A stretch of DNA of 64,000 nt from Candidatus Omnitrophota bacterium (GCA_028716565.1 JAQUPL010000006.1:32759-96758); one strand, 5' to 3'. Shown: positions 22,032-32,094, counted from the stretch's first letter. Made by a program: numbers and translations. The notes: a model not told the origin generated them from the sequence alone.

Positions 22032-23198
22032 ATGAAAAAGAATTATCTTATGACGCCGGGACCAACGCCTGTCCCGCCTCAGGCATTGCTCGCCATGGCA
22101 GAACCGATAATCCATCACAGGACCCCGGAATTCATGGAGATATTCAAGGAAGTATGCGAACTGCTGAAGTTTGTTTTTCAGACGCAAAATGACGTAATAA
22201 CGTTGACCTCCTCGGGCACCGGCGCCATGGAAGCCGCGGTCGCCAACCTGCTTTCACCCGGCGACAAAGCGATATGCGTCCAGGGCGGTAAATTCGGCGA
22301 GAGGTGGACCGAACTCTGCAAAGCATACGGCATTACTCCTATAATAATAAACGTTGAATGGGGCAAGGCAGTCGACCCGAAAGCCATTGAAGCGGAATTA
22401 AAGAAGGACGCGGGCATAGAGGCGGTCTTTACGACGCTGTGCGAGACCTCGACCGGCGTCCTGACTGACATAAAAGCTATCGCGCAGGTGACAAAAAGCC
22501 ATAACGCGGTCCTGGCCGTAGACGCGATCTCCGGCCTCGGAGCAGAAGAGATAAAGACCGACGAATGGGGAATAGACGTCGTGGTGTCGGGCTCTCAGAA
22601 GGGGCTCATGATACCCCCGGGTCTCGCATTCATATCTTTGAGCAAAAAGGCGTGGGAGAAGGTCGAGAAATCCAAGAGCCCGAGGTATTACCTGAGCCTC
22701 AAGAAGGCGAAGAAGGCCATTGATGCCGCGGATACGCCTTTTACACCGGCGATATCGCTCGTCATCGCGCTGCGCGAGACGCTGAGGATGATGAAGAAGG
22801 AAGGCCTTGACGTCATATTCAACCGCCACAAGATACTGGCTCTCGCGACCCGCGAGGCGATGGAAGCGATGGGGCTTAAGCTATTCGCCCCGACCGCGCC
22901 TTCGAACGGTGTGACGGCCGTGCGCGTCCCCGAAGGGATAGACGGCGAGAAACTCGTAAAACATATGAGGGATAAATACGGCGTTGGCATAGCCGGCGGA
23001 CAGGCCGAGCTCAAGAGCAAGGTTATCCGCATCGCGCATATGGGTTATATAACAGATACGGATATACTCATGACGATCGCCGTGCTCGGCATGGCGCTCG
23101 CGGAGATGGGATTCAGGGGCGAACCCGGAGTAGGAGTCGAGGCTGCCGAGGAAGTCCTGCTTGAGGGCCGCGACAGGGGGCCCGTAGAAGCAGCATAA
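22032..23198 (+). CDS. Class V aminotransferase (serine-pyruvate/alanine-glyoxylate family; probable phosphoserine aminotransferase role)
   Basis: 'TSSGTGAMEAAVANL' and 'VSGSQKGLMIPPG' (PLP lysine). Directly upstream of serA. Confidence 0.7.
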   Translation: MKKNYLMTPGPTPVPPQALLAMAEPIIHHRTPEFMEIFKEVCELLKFVFQTQNDVITLTSSGTGAMEAAVANLLSPGDKAICVQGGKFGERWTELCKAYGITPIIINVEWGKAVDPKAIEAELKKDAGIEAVFTTLCETSTGVLTDIKAIAQVTKSHNAVLAVDAISGLGAEEIKTDEWGIDVVVSGSQKGLMIPPGLAFISLSKKAWEKVEKSKSPRYYLSLKKAKKAIDAADTPFTPAISLVIALRETLRMMKKEGLDVIFNRHKILALATREAMEAMGLKLFAPTAPSNGVTAVRVPEGIDGEKLVKHMRDKYGVGIAGGQAELKSKVIRIAHMGYITDTDILMTIAVLGMALAEMGFRGEPGVGVEAAEEVLLEGRDRGPVEAA

Positions 23199-23219
23199 TA
23201 TAATTAGGAGAGCGTGACT

Positions 23220-24803
23220 ATGTACAAAGTGCTCGTAAGCGACGCGCTGTCTGAAGAAGGATTAAAAGTACTAAAAGACGAGAAAGAGCTCCAGGTGGAT
23301 GTGAAGTTAAAACTTCCTCCGGAGGAATTGAAGGCGATCATAAAAGATTATGACGCGCTCGTCGTCCGCAGCAGCACGAAGGTGAACAAGGATATTATAG
23401 AAGCCGCGACGAAACTTAAGGTCATCGGGCGCGCGGGCGTAGGATTGGATAATGTCGACGCGGATGCCGCCTCGAAACATGGCATCATCGTTATGAATAC
23501 GCCGGCAGGAAACACGATATCCACCTGCGAGCACACGTGGTCTTTGATGCTCTCCATGTCGCGCAACGTCCCGAACGCGAACGCCTCGTTAAAAGAAGGC
23601 AAATGGGACAGGAATAAATATATGGGCGTCGAGCTCTACGGAAAGACGCTCGGCATCATCGGCCTTGGCCGCATCGGCACGGAAGTCGCCAAGCGCGCCA
23701 TGGCGTTCGGCATGAGGGTCATCGCTTACGACCCGTTCCTTACGGTCGCGAGGGCAAACGACCTCGGCGTCGAGCTGGTCGAAATAAAAGATATTATTAC
23801 GGAATCGGATTACATCACCGTCCACACGCCTATAACCAGCGAGACGAAACACTTGATAGGCGAAAAGGAATTCGAGCAGATGAAAAAAGGGGTTCGTCTG
23901 GTCAACTGCGCGCGTGGCGGCATAATCGACGAGAAGGCGCTCATCAAGGCCCTCGAGTCTGGCAAGGTCGCGGCCGCGGCCCTCGACGTCTACGAGGAGG
24001 AGCCGCCGAAAGATTTCACGATGTTCAAGAACGAAAAGCTCGTCGCGACGCCGCATTTGGGCGCGTCCACCGAGGAGGCGCAGGTAAACGTCGCTATCGA
24101 GGTCGCCAAGCAGGTCGCCGACGCGCTCCTGGGCCGCGGCTGCAGGAACGCCGTAAACGTCCCGTGCGTCGATCCGGAGATATACAAGGTCATACGGCCG
24201 TACATCACCCTCGCCGAGAAGATGGGGCTTGTCATCGGCCAGATGGCCGATGCGCGGATAGGGGAAGTGAAGGTCCAGTATTCGGGCGACATCATCGAAC
24301 ACGACCTTGCTTCGGTGACTATAGCATTCCTTAAAGGCCTCCTGACGCCCATTCTCCAGGAGACGGTAAATTTCGTCAACGCCTCGTTCATAGCCAAGGA
24401 GCGCGGGATAAAGATCGTCGAGACGAAGACCTCGCAGACCGAAGAGTTCGCCAATCTCATCATCGCCGAGGCTCAGACCGATAAGGGCAAGGTGGTGGTC
24501 GCCGGCACGCTCTCGCCGAGGAAGAACCCGCGCATAGTCAAGATAAACGATTTCTATGTCGAGGCCTCGACGGTCGGGTACCTTCTGCTACTTTCCAATG
24601 AAGATAAGCCGGGGATCATCGGCCAAATAGGCACGATACTAGGGCAGCACAAGATAAACATAGCCGGCATGACTCTCGGGAGGACAAAGATCGGCGGCCA
24701 TGCGATGACCGTCCTTAACCTCGATGAGGAAGTCCCGGCGCCGGTCATGAAAGAGATACGGTCGGCGAAACATGTATTGGACGCAAGGTTGATAAAATTC
24801 TAA
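23220..24803 (+). CDS. serA: D-3-phosphoglycerate dehydrogenase with C-terminal ACT domain
   Basis: 'GIIGLGRIGTEVAKRA' NAD-binding motif, plus a C-terminal ACT domain. RBS AGGAGA precedes the ATG at 23220; the listed ORF starts at a GTG at 23214. Confidence 0.9.
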   Translation: MYKVLVSDALSEEGLKVLKDEKELQVDVKLKLPPEELKAIIKDYDALVVRSSTKVNKDIIEAATKLKVIGRAGVGLDNVDADAASKHGIIVMNTPAGNTISTCEHTWSLMLSMSRNVPNANASLKEGKWDRNKYMGVELYGKTLGIIGLGRIGTEVAKRAMAFGMRVIAYDPFLTVARANDLGVELVEIKDIITESDYITVHTPITSETKHLIGEKEFEQMKKGVRLVNCARGGIIDEKALIKALESGKVAAAALDVYEEEPPKDFTMFKNEKLVATPHLGASTEEAQVNVAIEVAKQVADALLGRGCRNAVNVPCVDPEIYKVIRPYITLAEKMGLVIGQMADARIGEVKVQYSGDIIEHDLASVTIAFLKGLLTPILQETVNFVNASFIAKERGIKIVETKTSQTEEFANLIIAEAQTDKGKVVVAGTLSPRKNPRIVKINDFYVEASTVGYLLLLSNEDKPGIIGQIGTILGQHKINIAGMTLGRTKIGGHAMTVLNLDEEVPAPVMKEIRSAKHVLDARLIKF

Positions 24804-24804
24804 T

Positions 24805-26085
24805 ATGGAAAAAAACACAGTCGTAGTAGGCGCGCAGTGGGGTGACGAGGGCAAGGGGAAGATAATAGATATCTTCTCCCGCGACGCCGATTATATCGTG
24901 CGGTACCAGGGCGGCAATAACGCCGGCCACACCGTGGTCATCGGCAACGAGGAGTTCATCCTGCATCTTGTCCCGTCCGGTATACTGCATAAAGGCAAGA
25001 TCTGCGTCATCGGCAACGGCGTCGTCGTAGACCCGGAGGCGCTCATAAGCGAAATAGAAAATTTGCGCTCCAAAGGGATAGAAGTCGATGATAACCTTAA
25101 GGTTAGCGACCAGGTCCACCTGATATTTCCTTATCACAAGGAGATCGACCGCTTAAGCGAGCGCCGCAAGAAGATCGGCACGACAGGCCGCGGTATCGGG
25201 CCGTGTTATGTCGACAAGGTCGGCAGGTGCGGCATCAGGCTCGCAGACCTTTTAGATGACGAGTTATTCAAAAAGAAATTAAGCGAGAATATCGCGGCAA
25301 AGAACGAGACCCTGCAGAAATTATATGGCCATTCGGGGTTCTCATTCTACGAGATCTATAACCAGTTCGTCGAATACAGGAAGAAGATAGCGAAGTACGC
25401 CTGCAATACCACCATAATCTTAAACGAGGCGGTCAAGAAGAAAAAAAGGCTCCTGCTCGAAGGCGCGCAGGGGACGCTCCTTGACGTCGACCACGGCACG
25501 TACCCGTATGTCACGAGTTCCAACGCGACAGCCGGCGGCGCGTGCACCGGCACAGGCCTCGGCCCGTCGAAGATCGACAAAGTAGTCGGCGTGGTAAAGG
25601 CGTATACTACGCGCGTCGGGGAAGGGCCTTTTCCCACCGAATTCGGCCCGGACCTGATGGAAGTCATAAGGCAGAAGGGCAAGGAGTTCGGCGCGACGAC
25701 CGGCCGGCCCAGGAGATGCGGTTGGTTCGACAGCCTGATAGTCCGGCACTCGGCGCTGGTCAACAGCCTCGATGCCATCGTGGTCACGAAACTCGATGTT
25801 TTAGACGAGTTGGAGACAATAAAGATCGCGGTTGCGTACAAGTATAAAGGAAAGACATATAAAGATTTTCCGGCGAACATCGAGATGCTGTGGGATGTCG
25901 AGCCGGTCTATGAAGAACTTCCGGGCTGGGGAGAGGATACCTCGGGCACCGGGAGCTTCTCGAAATTACCAACTAACGCCAAGAGGTACCTCAGGAAGCT
26001 CGAGAGCCTTATTGGCGTAAAGATAGAACTCGTCTCTGTTGGTAGCAGGCGTGAGCAGGTATTCAAGATGGGAGGAAAGAAGTAA
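24805..26085 (+). CDS. purA: Adenylosuccinate synthetase
   Basis: 'VVVGAQWGDEGKGKIID' and 'GGNNAGHT'. Confidence 0.95.
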   Translation: MEKNTVVVGAQWGDEGKGKIIDIFSRDADYIVRYQGGNNAGHTVVIGNEEFILHLVPSGILHKGKICVIGNGVVVDPEALISEIENLRSKGIEVDDNLKVSDQVHLIFPYHKEIDRLSERRKKIGTTGRGIGPCYVDKVGRCGIRLADLLDDELFKKKLSENIAAKNETLQKLYGHSGFSFYEIYNQFVEYRKKIAKYACNTTIILNEAVKKKKRLLLEGAQGTLLDVDHGTYPYVTSSNATAGGACTGTGLGPSKIDKVVGVVKAYTTRVGEGPFPTEFGPDLMEVIRQKGKEFGATTGRPRRCGWFDSLIVRHSALVNSLDAIVVTKLDVLDELETIKIAVAYKYKGKTYKDFPANIEMLWDVEPVYEELPGWGEDTSGTGSFSKLPTNAKRYLRKLESLIGVKIELVSVGSRREQVFKMGGKK

Positions 26086-26089
26086 TAAA

Positions 26090-28438
26090 ATGAAAAGGTC
26101 GTCTAAGTTATTCTTAGTTGTGGCCGCTCTGGTATTATTGTCCAATATGGCGCTGGCGCAGGAAGCCGCTGCGCCCGCGGTCGAGGGATTCAAGGCGTTC
26201 GCTTTCATGTACAGCCCGGCTTTTTCGGTGATGGAAAAATTCGCGCTATGGTCGATCCTCGGCGTCGCCATTCTCGGCCTTCTCTATGCAGGGTTTTTGA
26301 TGGCTCAGGTGCTCCGCTATGACAAAGGAACGCCGAAGATGCAGGAGATCTCCGATGCCATCCGCGTCGGCGCGAACGCGTACTTAAGCCGCCAGTTCAA
26401 GGCGGTAGTATTTTTAATGTTCATCCTGACGGCCGCGCTGTATTTCACCGCGGGCGCCACGCACATACAGATAGGAAGGTCGTGCGCGTTTTTGATGGGC
26501 GCGTTCTTCTCGGCGATGGTCGGTTTCGTCGGCATGAACCTGGCTGTCCAGGGGAATGTCCGCGTAGCCGCGGCCGCGAGGACGAGCTTCGGCCAGGCGC
26601 TTAAGATCGCCTATCGCACGGGAACGATCACCGGTATGCTCACCGACGGCCTCGGGCTGTTAGGCGGCACGGTGATATTCATGATATACGGCGAGCAGGC
26701 GTATGAGGTGTTGCTCGGTTTCGGTTTCGGCGGCACGCTCCTGGCTTTGTTCATGAGGGTCGGCGGCGGTATCTACACTAAAGCCGCTGACGTCGGCGCG
26801 GACCTCGTCGGAAAGATCGAAAAAAATATCCCGGAAGACGATCCAAGGAACGCCGCGACTATCGCCGATAACGTCGGAGATAACGTCGGCGACTGCGCGG
26901 GCATGGCGGCTGACATCTTCGAGTCATATGAAGTCACGATCGTTTCAGCGATGATCCTCGGATGGGCGTCGTTCGGGCATAAAGGCGTCATATTCCCGCT
27001 GTTGGTCCGCGCGGTCGGCGTGTTGAGCTCGATATTCGGCACCTACCTTGTTCGCACGAGCGATAAGGTCAGGAACGCCATGCGCGCTATTAATATCGGT
27101 TTCTGGTCATCTGCCGCTGTTTCGATCATCGGTTTCTGCGCCATCGGGTTCTATTATCTAAGGTTCCCGGAGAAGACGCAGCTTGCGAGTTGGGCGAGTC
27201 TCGGCGTGCCGGGACTTGACATGAGGCCCGTATACACGACAATGGTCGGTATCATCCTGGCCATCACCATAAACCGCGTGACGGAATATTTCACGAAACC
27301 CGAAGCCGCGCCTGTAAAGTCCATCGCGAGAGCGACGCAGACCGGCCACGCGACCACGATCATCACCGGCATCGCCGTCGGATACGAGTCGACGGTGTGG
27401 GCCATCCTGATCATCGCGGCTGCCATCGGCGCTTCGGTCCTGATCTACGCCGGCACGAACCCGACGTATATTGCTTACGGCGTCGCGATGTGCGGTATCG
27501 GCATGTTGACGTTGACCGGGAACAATATCTCGATGGACGTCTTCGGGCCGGTCGCGGATAACGCGAACGGCATCGGCGAGATGGCGCACCTCGATAAGGG
27601 CGCGCGCCAGACCCTTGCTGACCTCGACGCGGTAGGCAATACCACGAAAGCGATCACAAAAGGTATCGCGATAGGTTCGGCGGTCGTCGCCGCGGTATCG
27701 CTTTTTAATGCTTATATCACGGACATCGCGAAAGCCACTCATTCTACTTACGAGCAGATAGCGGCTTCACTTTCGATATCGGAACCGAACGTTTTCATCG
27801 GCCTCTTGATCGGCGGCGCCATACCGTTCTTGTTCAGTTCGATGACGATAAGGGCTGTCGGAAGGGCCGCTTTCCTCATAGTCCATGAAGTAAGGAACCA
27901 ATTCAAGGATAAAGAGATCTGGGAAGGCAAGAAGACGCCGGATTACGGGCGCGTGGTAGACATCTGCACCGCTGCCGCGCAGAGCGAACTCGTAGGCCCG
28001 GGACTTTTGGCGATACTCGCTCCCATACTTGTCGGCCTTTTGCTCCATAAAGAGGCGCTCGGCGGTTTCTTGGCCGGAATGATCCTCTCGGGCCAGCTGT
28101 TGGCGGTATTCATGTCTAACGCAGGAGGCGCTTGGGATAATGCCAAGAAAACGATCGAGGACGGGCTTTACGGCGGGAAAGGATCAGAGGCGCACAAGGC
28201 ATCGGTAACCGGAGACACCGTAGGTGATCCTTTGAAGGATACGGCCGGCCCGGCCCTGAACCCGCTTATCAAAGTCATGAACATGGTCGCTTTATTGATC
28301 GTAGGCATCATGATAAAGAACGAGGCCCTGACCCCCGGCATCATAGTTATAGGCATCGCCGGGATATCGGTCATACTTTGGGTCATTTTGAGGTCTAGAA
28401 GAGATTCAAAGGAGATGTCCCTGGGCGACACACAATAG
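26090..28438 (+). CDS. hppA: Membrane-bound proton/sodium-translocating pyrophosphatase (V-PPase)
   Basis: 'DNVGDNVGDCAGMAADIFESY', 'KAADVGADLVGK' and 'GDTVGDPLKDTAGPALN' are PPase signatures. The ATG at 26090 follows purA's stop; the listed ORF 26039.. is an upstream extension. Confidence 0.9.
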   Translation: MKRSSKLFLVVAALVLLSNMALAQEAAAPAVEGFKAFAFMYSPAFSVMEKFALWSILGVAILGLLYAGFLMAQVLRYDKGTPKMQEISDAIRVGANAYLSRQFKAVVFLMFILTAALYFTAGATHIQIGRSCAFLMGAFFSAMVGFVGMNLAVQGNVRVAAAARTSFGQALKIAYRTGTITGMLTDGLGLLGGTVIFMIYGEQAYEVLLGFGFGGTLLALFMRVGGGIYTKAADVGADLVGKIEKNIPEDDPRNAATIADNVGDNVGDCAGMAADIFESYEVTIVSAMILGWASFGHKGVIFPLLVRAVGVLSSIFGTYLVRTSDKVRNAMRAINIGFWSSAAVSIIGFCAIGFYYLRFPEKTQLASWASLGVPGLDMRPVYTTMVGIILAITINRVTEYFTKPEAAPVKSIARATQTGHATTIITGIAVGYESTVWAILIIAAAIGASVLIYAGTNPTYIAYGVAMCGIGMLTLTGNNISMDVFGPVADNANGIGEMAHLDKGARQTLADLDAVGNTTKAITKGIAIGSAVVAAVSLFNAYITDIAKATHSTYEQIAASLSISEPNVFIGLLIGGAIPFLFSSMTIRAVGRAAFLIVHEVRNQFKDKEIWEGKKTPDYGRVVDICTAAAQSELVGPGLLAILAPILVGLLLHKEALGGFLAGMILSGQLLAVFMSNAGGAWDNAKKTIEDGLYGGKGSEAHKASVTGDTVGDPLKDTAGPALNPLIKVMNMVALLIVGIMIKNEALTPGIIVIGIAGISVILWVILRSRRDSKEMSLGDTQ

Positions 28439-28476
28439 AACAACGATAAACCACAAACTCATCGCGGAGGAATCTC

Positions 28477-29097
28477 ATGTTCAGCCTGATACCTAAAGAA
28501 GCGAAGTTCTTCGATATGTTCGTCAGAAGCGCCGAGAACCTGTTAAGGGGCGCGAAACTCTTGAAGGAGATATCGGATGATTTCAGCACTTTGGCTGAGG
28601 ACGCCGCGAAGCTCGAAAGGCTCGAGCACGACAGCGACCAGATCACGCATGAGATAATGGAAAAACTCAACATGACGTTTGTGACCCCCCTGGACAGGGA
28701 AGACATACACGAGCTCACGGCGGCCCTCGATGACGTCATGGACTTCATCGAGGCCGCTACCGAGCGTATGGTCCTGTATAAATTAAAGGCCCCTACGCCG
28801 GAGATAAAAGAGATGGCCGATGTCATCCTGAGGCAGGCGGAAGAGATAAATTACGTGATGCCGAAACTCAAGCAATTGAAACACTCCCAGGTCATGGAGC
28901 ATTGCATCGAGATAAACCGCCTCGAGAACGAGGGCGACAGGATACAGAGGGAAGCCGTAGCGAAATTATTCGACGAGAAGGCCGACGCGCTTGAAGTCAT
29001 CAAGTGGAGGGATATCTACGAATATCTCGAGACAGCCACCGATAAATGCGAAGACATAGCTGTTATCATAGAGGGTATAGTCCTTAAGCATGCATGA
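28477..29097 (+). CDS. DUF47 family protein (PhoU-like phosphate transport regulator, TIGR00153-like)
   Basis: Helical ~205 aa protein. It sits immediately upstream of, and overlaps, a PiT transporter gene, which is a conserved pairing. Confidence 0.65.
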   Translation: MFSLIPKEAKFFDMFVRSAENLLRGAKLLKEISDDFSTLAEDAAKLERLEHDSDQITHEIMEKLNMTFVTPLDREDIHELTAALDDVMDFIEAATERMVLYKLKAPTPEIKEMADVILRQAEEINYVMPKLKQLKHSQVMEHCIEINRLENEGDRIQREAVAKLFDEKADALEVIKWRDIYEYLETATDKCEDIAVIIEGIVLKHA

Positions 29098-30097
29098 CGG
29101 CCTCCTGCTCATCATACCGGTAATCGCTTTTGCGCTTATCTTCGATTTTTTGAACGGTTTCCACGATTCCGCAAATTCGATAGCAACGGTCGTCTCAACG
29201 AGAGTGCTTTCCCCGCGTTTCGCGGTAATGTGGGCGGCGTTCTTTAATTTCATCGCGTTCCTCTTCTTCGGCCTGCACGTCGCCAACACGATCGGCAAGG
29301 GTATAATCGATATCGCGATCATAGATAAGACGGTCATCTTCGGGACGCTCGTGGGCGCCTGCGGCTGGAATATCATCACCTGGTATTTCGGGCTTCCGAC
29401 AAGCTCTTCCCACGCGCTCATCGGAGGATTGGTCGGCTCGGCATTGGTAAAAGCCGGCACCGGCGCGCTCGTATGGAAAGGTATTATTAAGACGGTGACT
29501 TTTATTTTTGTGTCGCCGATACTCGGGTTTTTCCTGGGCCTGGCCTTCGGCGTGGCGGTCTACTGGCTCTTCAGCAGAAGTTCCCCGACAAGGGTCGACC
29601 ACGTTTTCAGGAAAGGGCAGTTGGTATCGGCCGCCCTTTACAGTTTAGGCCACGGCGGCAACGACGCGCAGAAAACGATGGGTATCATCGCAAGCCTTCT
29701 TTTCAGCGCGGGCTACCTGGGACCGACATTTCACATCCCTCTCTGGATCGTGCTGGCATGCCATGCGGCCATTGCCCTCGGCACGATGTTCGGCGGATGG
29801 CGCATCGTCAAGACTATGGGCCAGAAGGTCTCAAAGCTTAAGCCGGTCGACGGTTTTTGCGCCGAGTCAGGCGCGGCGGCGACGTTATTCATGTCTTCGG
29901 CGTTCGGCATCCCGGTGAGCACGACTCACACCATCACCGGCGCTATAATGGGTGTCGGTTCGCTAAAAAGATTGAGCGCGGTCAAATGGGGCGTTGCGGG
30001 CCAGATAATTTGGGCATGGATACTGACCATTCCCTGCTCTGCGGCCATATCAGCATTGACTTATTACGTTACACACCTGGCAAGAACCCGCTTTTAA
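29090..30097 (+). CDS. pit: Inorganic phosphate transporter, PiT family
   Basis: 'FDFLNGFHDSANSIATVV' and a second repeat 'GHGGNDAQKTMGII' are the PHO4/PiT signature pair. Confidence 0.9.
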   Translation: MHDGLLLIIPVIAFALIFDFLNGFHDSANSIATVVSTRVLSPRFAVMWAAFFNFIAFLFFGLHVANTIGKGIIDIAIIDKTVIFGTLVGACGWNIITWYFGLPTSSSHALIGGLVGSALVKAGTGALVWKGIIKTVTFIFVSPILGFFLGLAFGVAVYWLFSRSSPTRVDHVFRKGQLVSAALYSLGHGGNDAQKTMGIIASLLFSAGYLGPTFHIPLWIVLACHAAIALGTMFGGWRIVKTMGQKVSKLKPVDGFCAESGAAATLFMSSAFGIPVSTTHTITGAIMGVGSLKRLSAVKWGVAGQIIWAWILTIPCSAAISALTYYVTHLARTRF

Positions 30098-30126
30098 TTG
30101 ACATAGATGCGCTTTTTTGATAAGAT
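30098..30126 (+). promoter_or_regulatory. Candidate sigma70 promoter (TTGACA, 17 nt spacer, TAAGAT)
   Basis: Hexamers read directly. RBS AAGGAG and a GTG start at 30144 lie downstream. Confidence 0.4.
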
Positions 30127-30143
30127 TAAAAAAGGAGTTTACG

Positions 30144-30887
30144 GTGCGGAGGCCTTTCTATTCAGCGGTTTTAGCCCTCACTTTGATTTCTTTTTTCAAT
30201 TCGGCAAATCCTGAAGATAGGGCAATGAATGCTGAGCCCTTGGCCGCGACATCGTCGACGGCGGAGGCCGCAGAGGCGATCGTGCCGCCCCAGGCAACAC
30301 CGGCGGCAGCGCAGCCTGAGAAGCCGGCCGAGTTCCCGCAGGCGAGACCCGCAGAAGAAGAAGTAATAGTCATCTTCGACGATTTTCTTCCCGCCGGAGC
30401 GGTGACCCAGGGGACATGGGATTGGGATACTGCGGTAAAATACAGGGGTGAAAAGTCCCACACGCAGCCGGCGGCAAAAGGTTTGGCCGAGCATTCTTAC
30501 AGGTCCGCCCCGGTCGACGTCCCCGACGGCTATGTATTGGAACAATATGTATATCTCGATCCCAACGATCCCCCGTCCGGCATAATGTTGACGTTCAGGT
30601 TCGAGGCGGAGGGCAGGGAAGGCGAGATCGGCCTCTACCGTGAGGGAGAGGAAGAGGTATTTGTCTTCAACGAGGACGAGCCGGTGATATACGACGGCAC
30701 TTTGCCGGAGGCGGGCAAGTGGGAAAAATGGACGATCGACCCGGAAGACCTCGATCTCAACGGCACCAGGATAACGGGTATTTCATTCGCGGTCTATGGC
30801 GGAAAGGCGAACTGGGACCTTACGCGTTTTGTTCCGTCGAAAAATATAAAACAAAGTTTGGTACCCGCGAAGGGGCCTAACAACTAA
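30144..30887 (+). CDS. Hypothetical secreted protein (signal peptide; Ala/Pro/Glu-rich linker)
   Basis: RBS AAGGAG lies 7 nt before the GTG at 30144. The N-terminal region is hydrophobic. No recognisable catalytic motif. Confidence 0.5.
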   Translation: MRRPFYSAVLALTLISFFNSANPEDRAMNAEPLAATSSTAEAAEAIVPPQATPAAAQPEKPAEFPQARPAEEEVIVIFDDFLPAGAVTQGTWDWDTAVKYRGEKSHTQPAAKGLAEHSYRSAPVDVPDGYVLEQYVYLDPNDPPSGIMLTFRFEAEGREGEIGLYREGEEEVFVFNEDEPVIYDGTLPEAGKWEKWTIDPEDLDLNGTRITGISFAVYGGKANWDLTRFVPSKNIKQSLVPAKGPNN

Positions 30888-30901
30888 AGGAGAGAGAGGG
30901 T

Positions 30902-31402
30902 ATGTCAAGAAGAACCGTAGTAGCCTTAGTGGCCGTGATCTCGATATTTCTGCTGTCCAGCGTCGTCTTGGCGATGGGCAGGAAAGTAAAACCCGCAGAA
31001 CAGCAGCCCGCGTCGCTCGGCACCTCGCAGCCGGAGATAGAACTCGTAAAACCCGAACAACTCGAGCCCAATCCCCCGATAACCGAAGAGATGAAAGAGA
31101 TCAGGCCCCAGGAAGCCGGCATCAAATTGGCCCCCGATGAAGCTACGAAGAACAGGCAGATACAGGCCGCCCTTAAAAATGCAGGCTACGATCCCGGCGC
31201 GATAGACGGGAAATTAGGAGCTAAATCCAAGAAGGCGATAAAGGAATTCCAGTCCGCGAACGGCCTTAAGGCAGACGGAAAAGTCGGCGCTAAGACGTGG
31301 GCGAAGTTAAGCACATATATTTTGCAGGCCGGCTCCGCCGATAACATTTCGGCCCCGGATACCAATTTCGAAAAGGGCACCCCGAAAAAAGGAGGCAGAT
31401 AA
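30902..31402 (+). CDS. Peptidoglycan-binding domain (PG_binding_1) protein with N-terminal TM/signal
   Basis: 'IQAALKNAGYDPGAIDGKLGAKSKKAIKEFQSANGLKADGKVGAKTWAKL' is the canonical PGBD fold signature. Confidence 0.7.
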   Translation: MSRRTVVALVAVISIFLLSSVVLAMGRKVKPAEQQPASLGTSQPEIELVKPEQLEPNPPITEEMKEIRPQEAGIKLAPDEATKNRQIQAALKNAGYDPGAIDGKLGAKSKKAIKEFQSANGLKADGKVGAKTWAKLSTYILQAGSADNISAPDTNFEKGTPKKGGR

Positions 31403-32073
31403 TGTTTAAGATATCGAGATTAGGCGTCGTCGCGTTATTATTGGCCGCGGTATTTGCGGCCTCCGGTTGCGCGGTAGGTTTCTACAAGCGCAGCCCCAAC
31501 GATATGCGGAAGATAGAGGACCTCAAGGCCGAGGTCGAGCGCCTCAAGTTATTAAGGGACCAGGAGAACAGGGAACTTGATGCGGCCAGGGCCGAGCTCG
31601 AGAGGAGATTGAAGGGCGAACAAGGCGTCAGCGTGGAGATGAGCGAACGCGGCCTCGTCGTGACGTTCCTCGCCGAAGTGCTCTTCGATTCCGGCAAGGC
31701 GAAGGTAAAGACGCCGGCGCATGAAGTGCTGGATAAAGTCGCGAAGGTAATAACCGAGAAGGCCCCGGACAGGAACATCGCGGTAGAGGGCCACACCGAT
31801 AACGAGCCGATAAAGAAATCCGGCTGGAAATCGAACTGGGAACTCTCTACGGCGAGGGCGACGTCCGTCCTCCATTATCTGGAGGAGAAGGGTATCGCGC
31901 CCGAGAAATTGCAGGCTACCGGTTACGGCGAATACCGCCCCGTGGCCTCCAACGATACGATCGAAGGCAGGCAGGAGAACAGAAGGGTGGAGATAATAAT
32001 ACTGCCCAGGATGTCGAAAGCGGAATCCGAATTCCTGAAGGAACACGAGAAGGAGTCGGAATACACTAAATAG
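31402..32073 (+). CDS. OmpA/MotB C-terminal domain lipoprotein
   Basis: Lipobox 'AASGCA'. OmpA-like motif 'NIAVEGHTDNEPI...SNWELSTARATSV...GYGEYRPVASNDTIEGRQENRRVEI'. Confidence 0.8.
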   Translation: MFKISRLGVVALLLAAVFAASGCAVGFYKRSPNDMRKIEDLKAEVERLKLLRDQENRELDAARAELERRLKGEQGVSVEMSERGLVVTFLAEVLFDSGKAKVKTPAHEVLDKVAKVITEKAPDRNIAVEGHTDNEPIKKSGWKSNWELSTARATSVLHYLEEKGIAPEKLQATGYGEYRPVASNDTIEGRQENRRVEIIILPRMSKAESEFLKEHEKESEYTK

Positions 32074-32094
32074 GACGGCTTTAGATAGCGGAAG

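Noticed and set aside
26039-26089. Upstream extension of the hppA ORF overlapping the purA 3' end
   Set aside because: It is in frame but overlaps the conserved PurA C-terminus. The ATG at 26090 directly follows purA's stop and begins a signal-peptide-like sequence.
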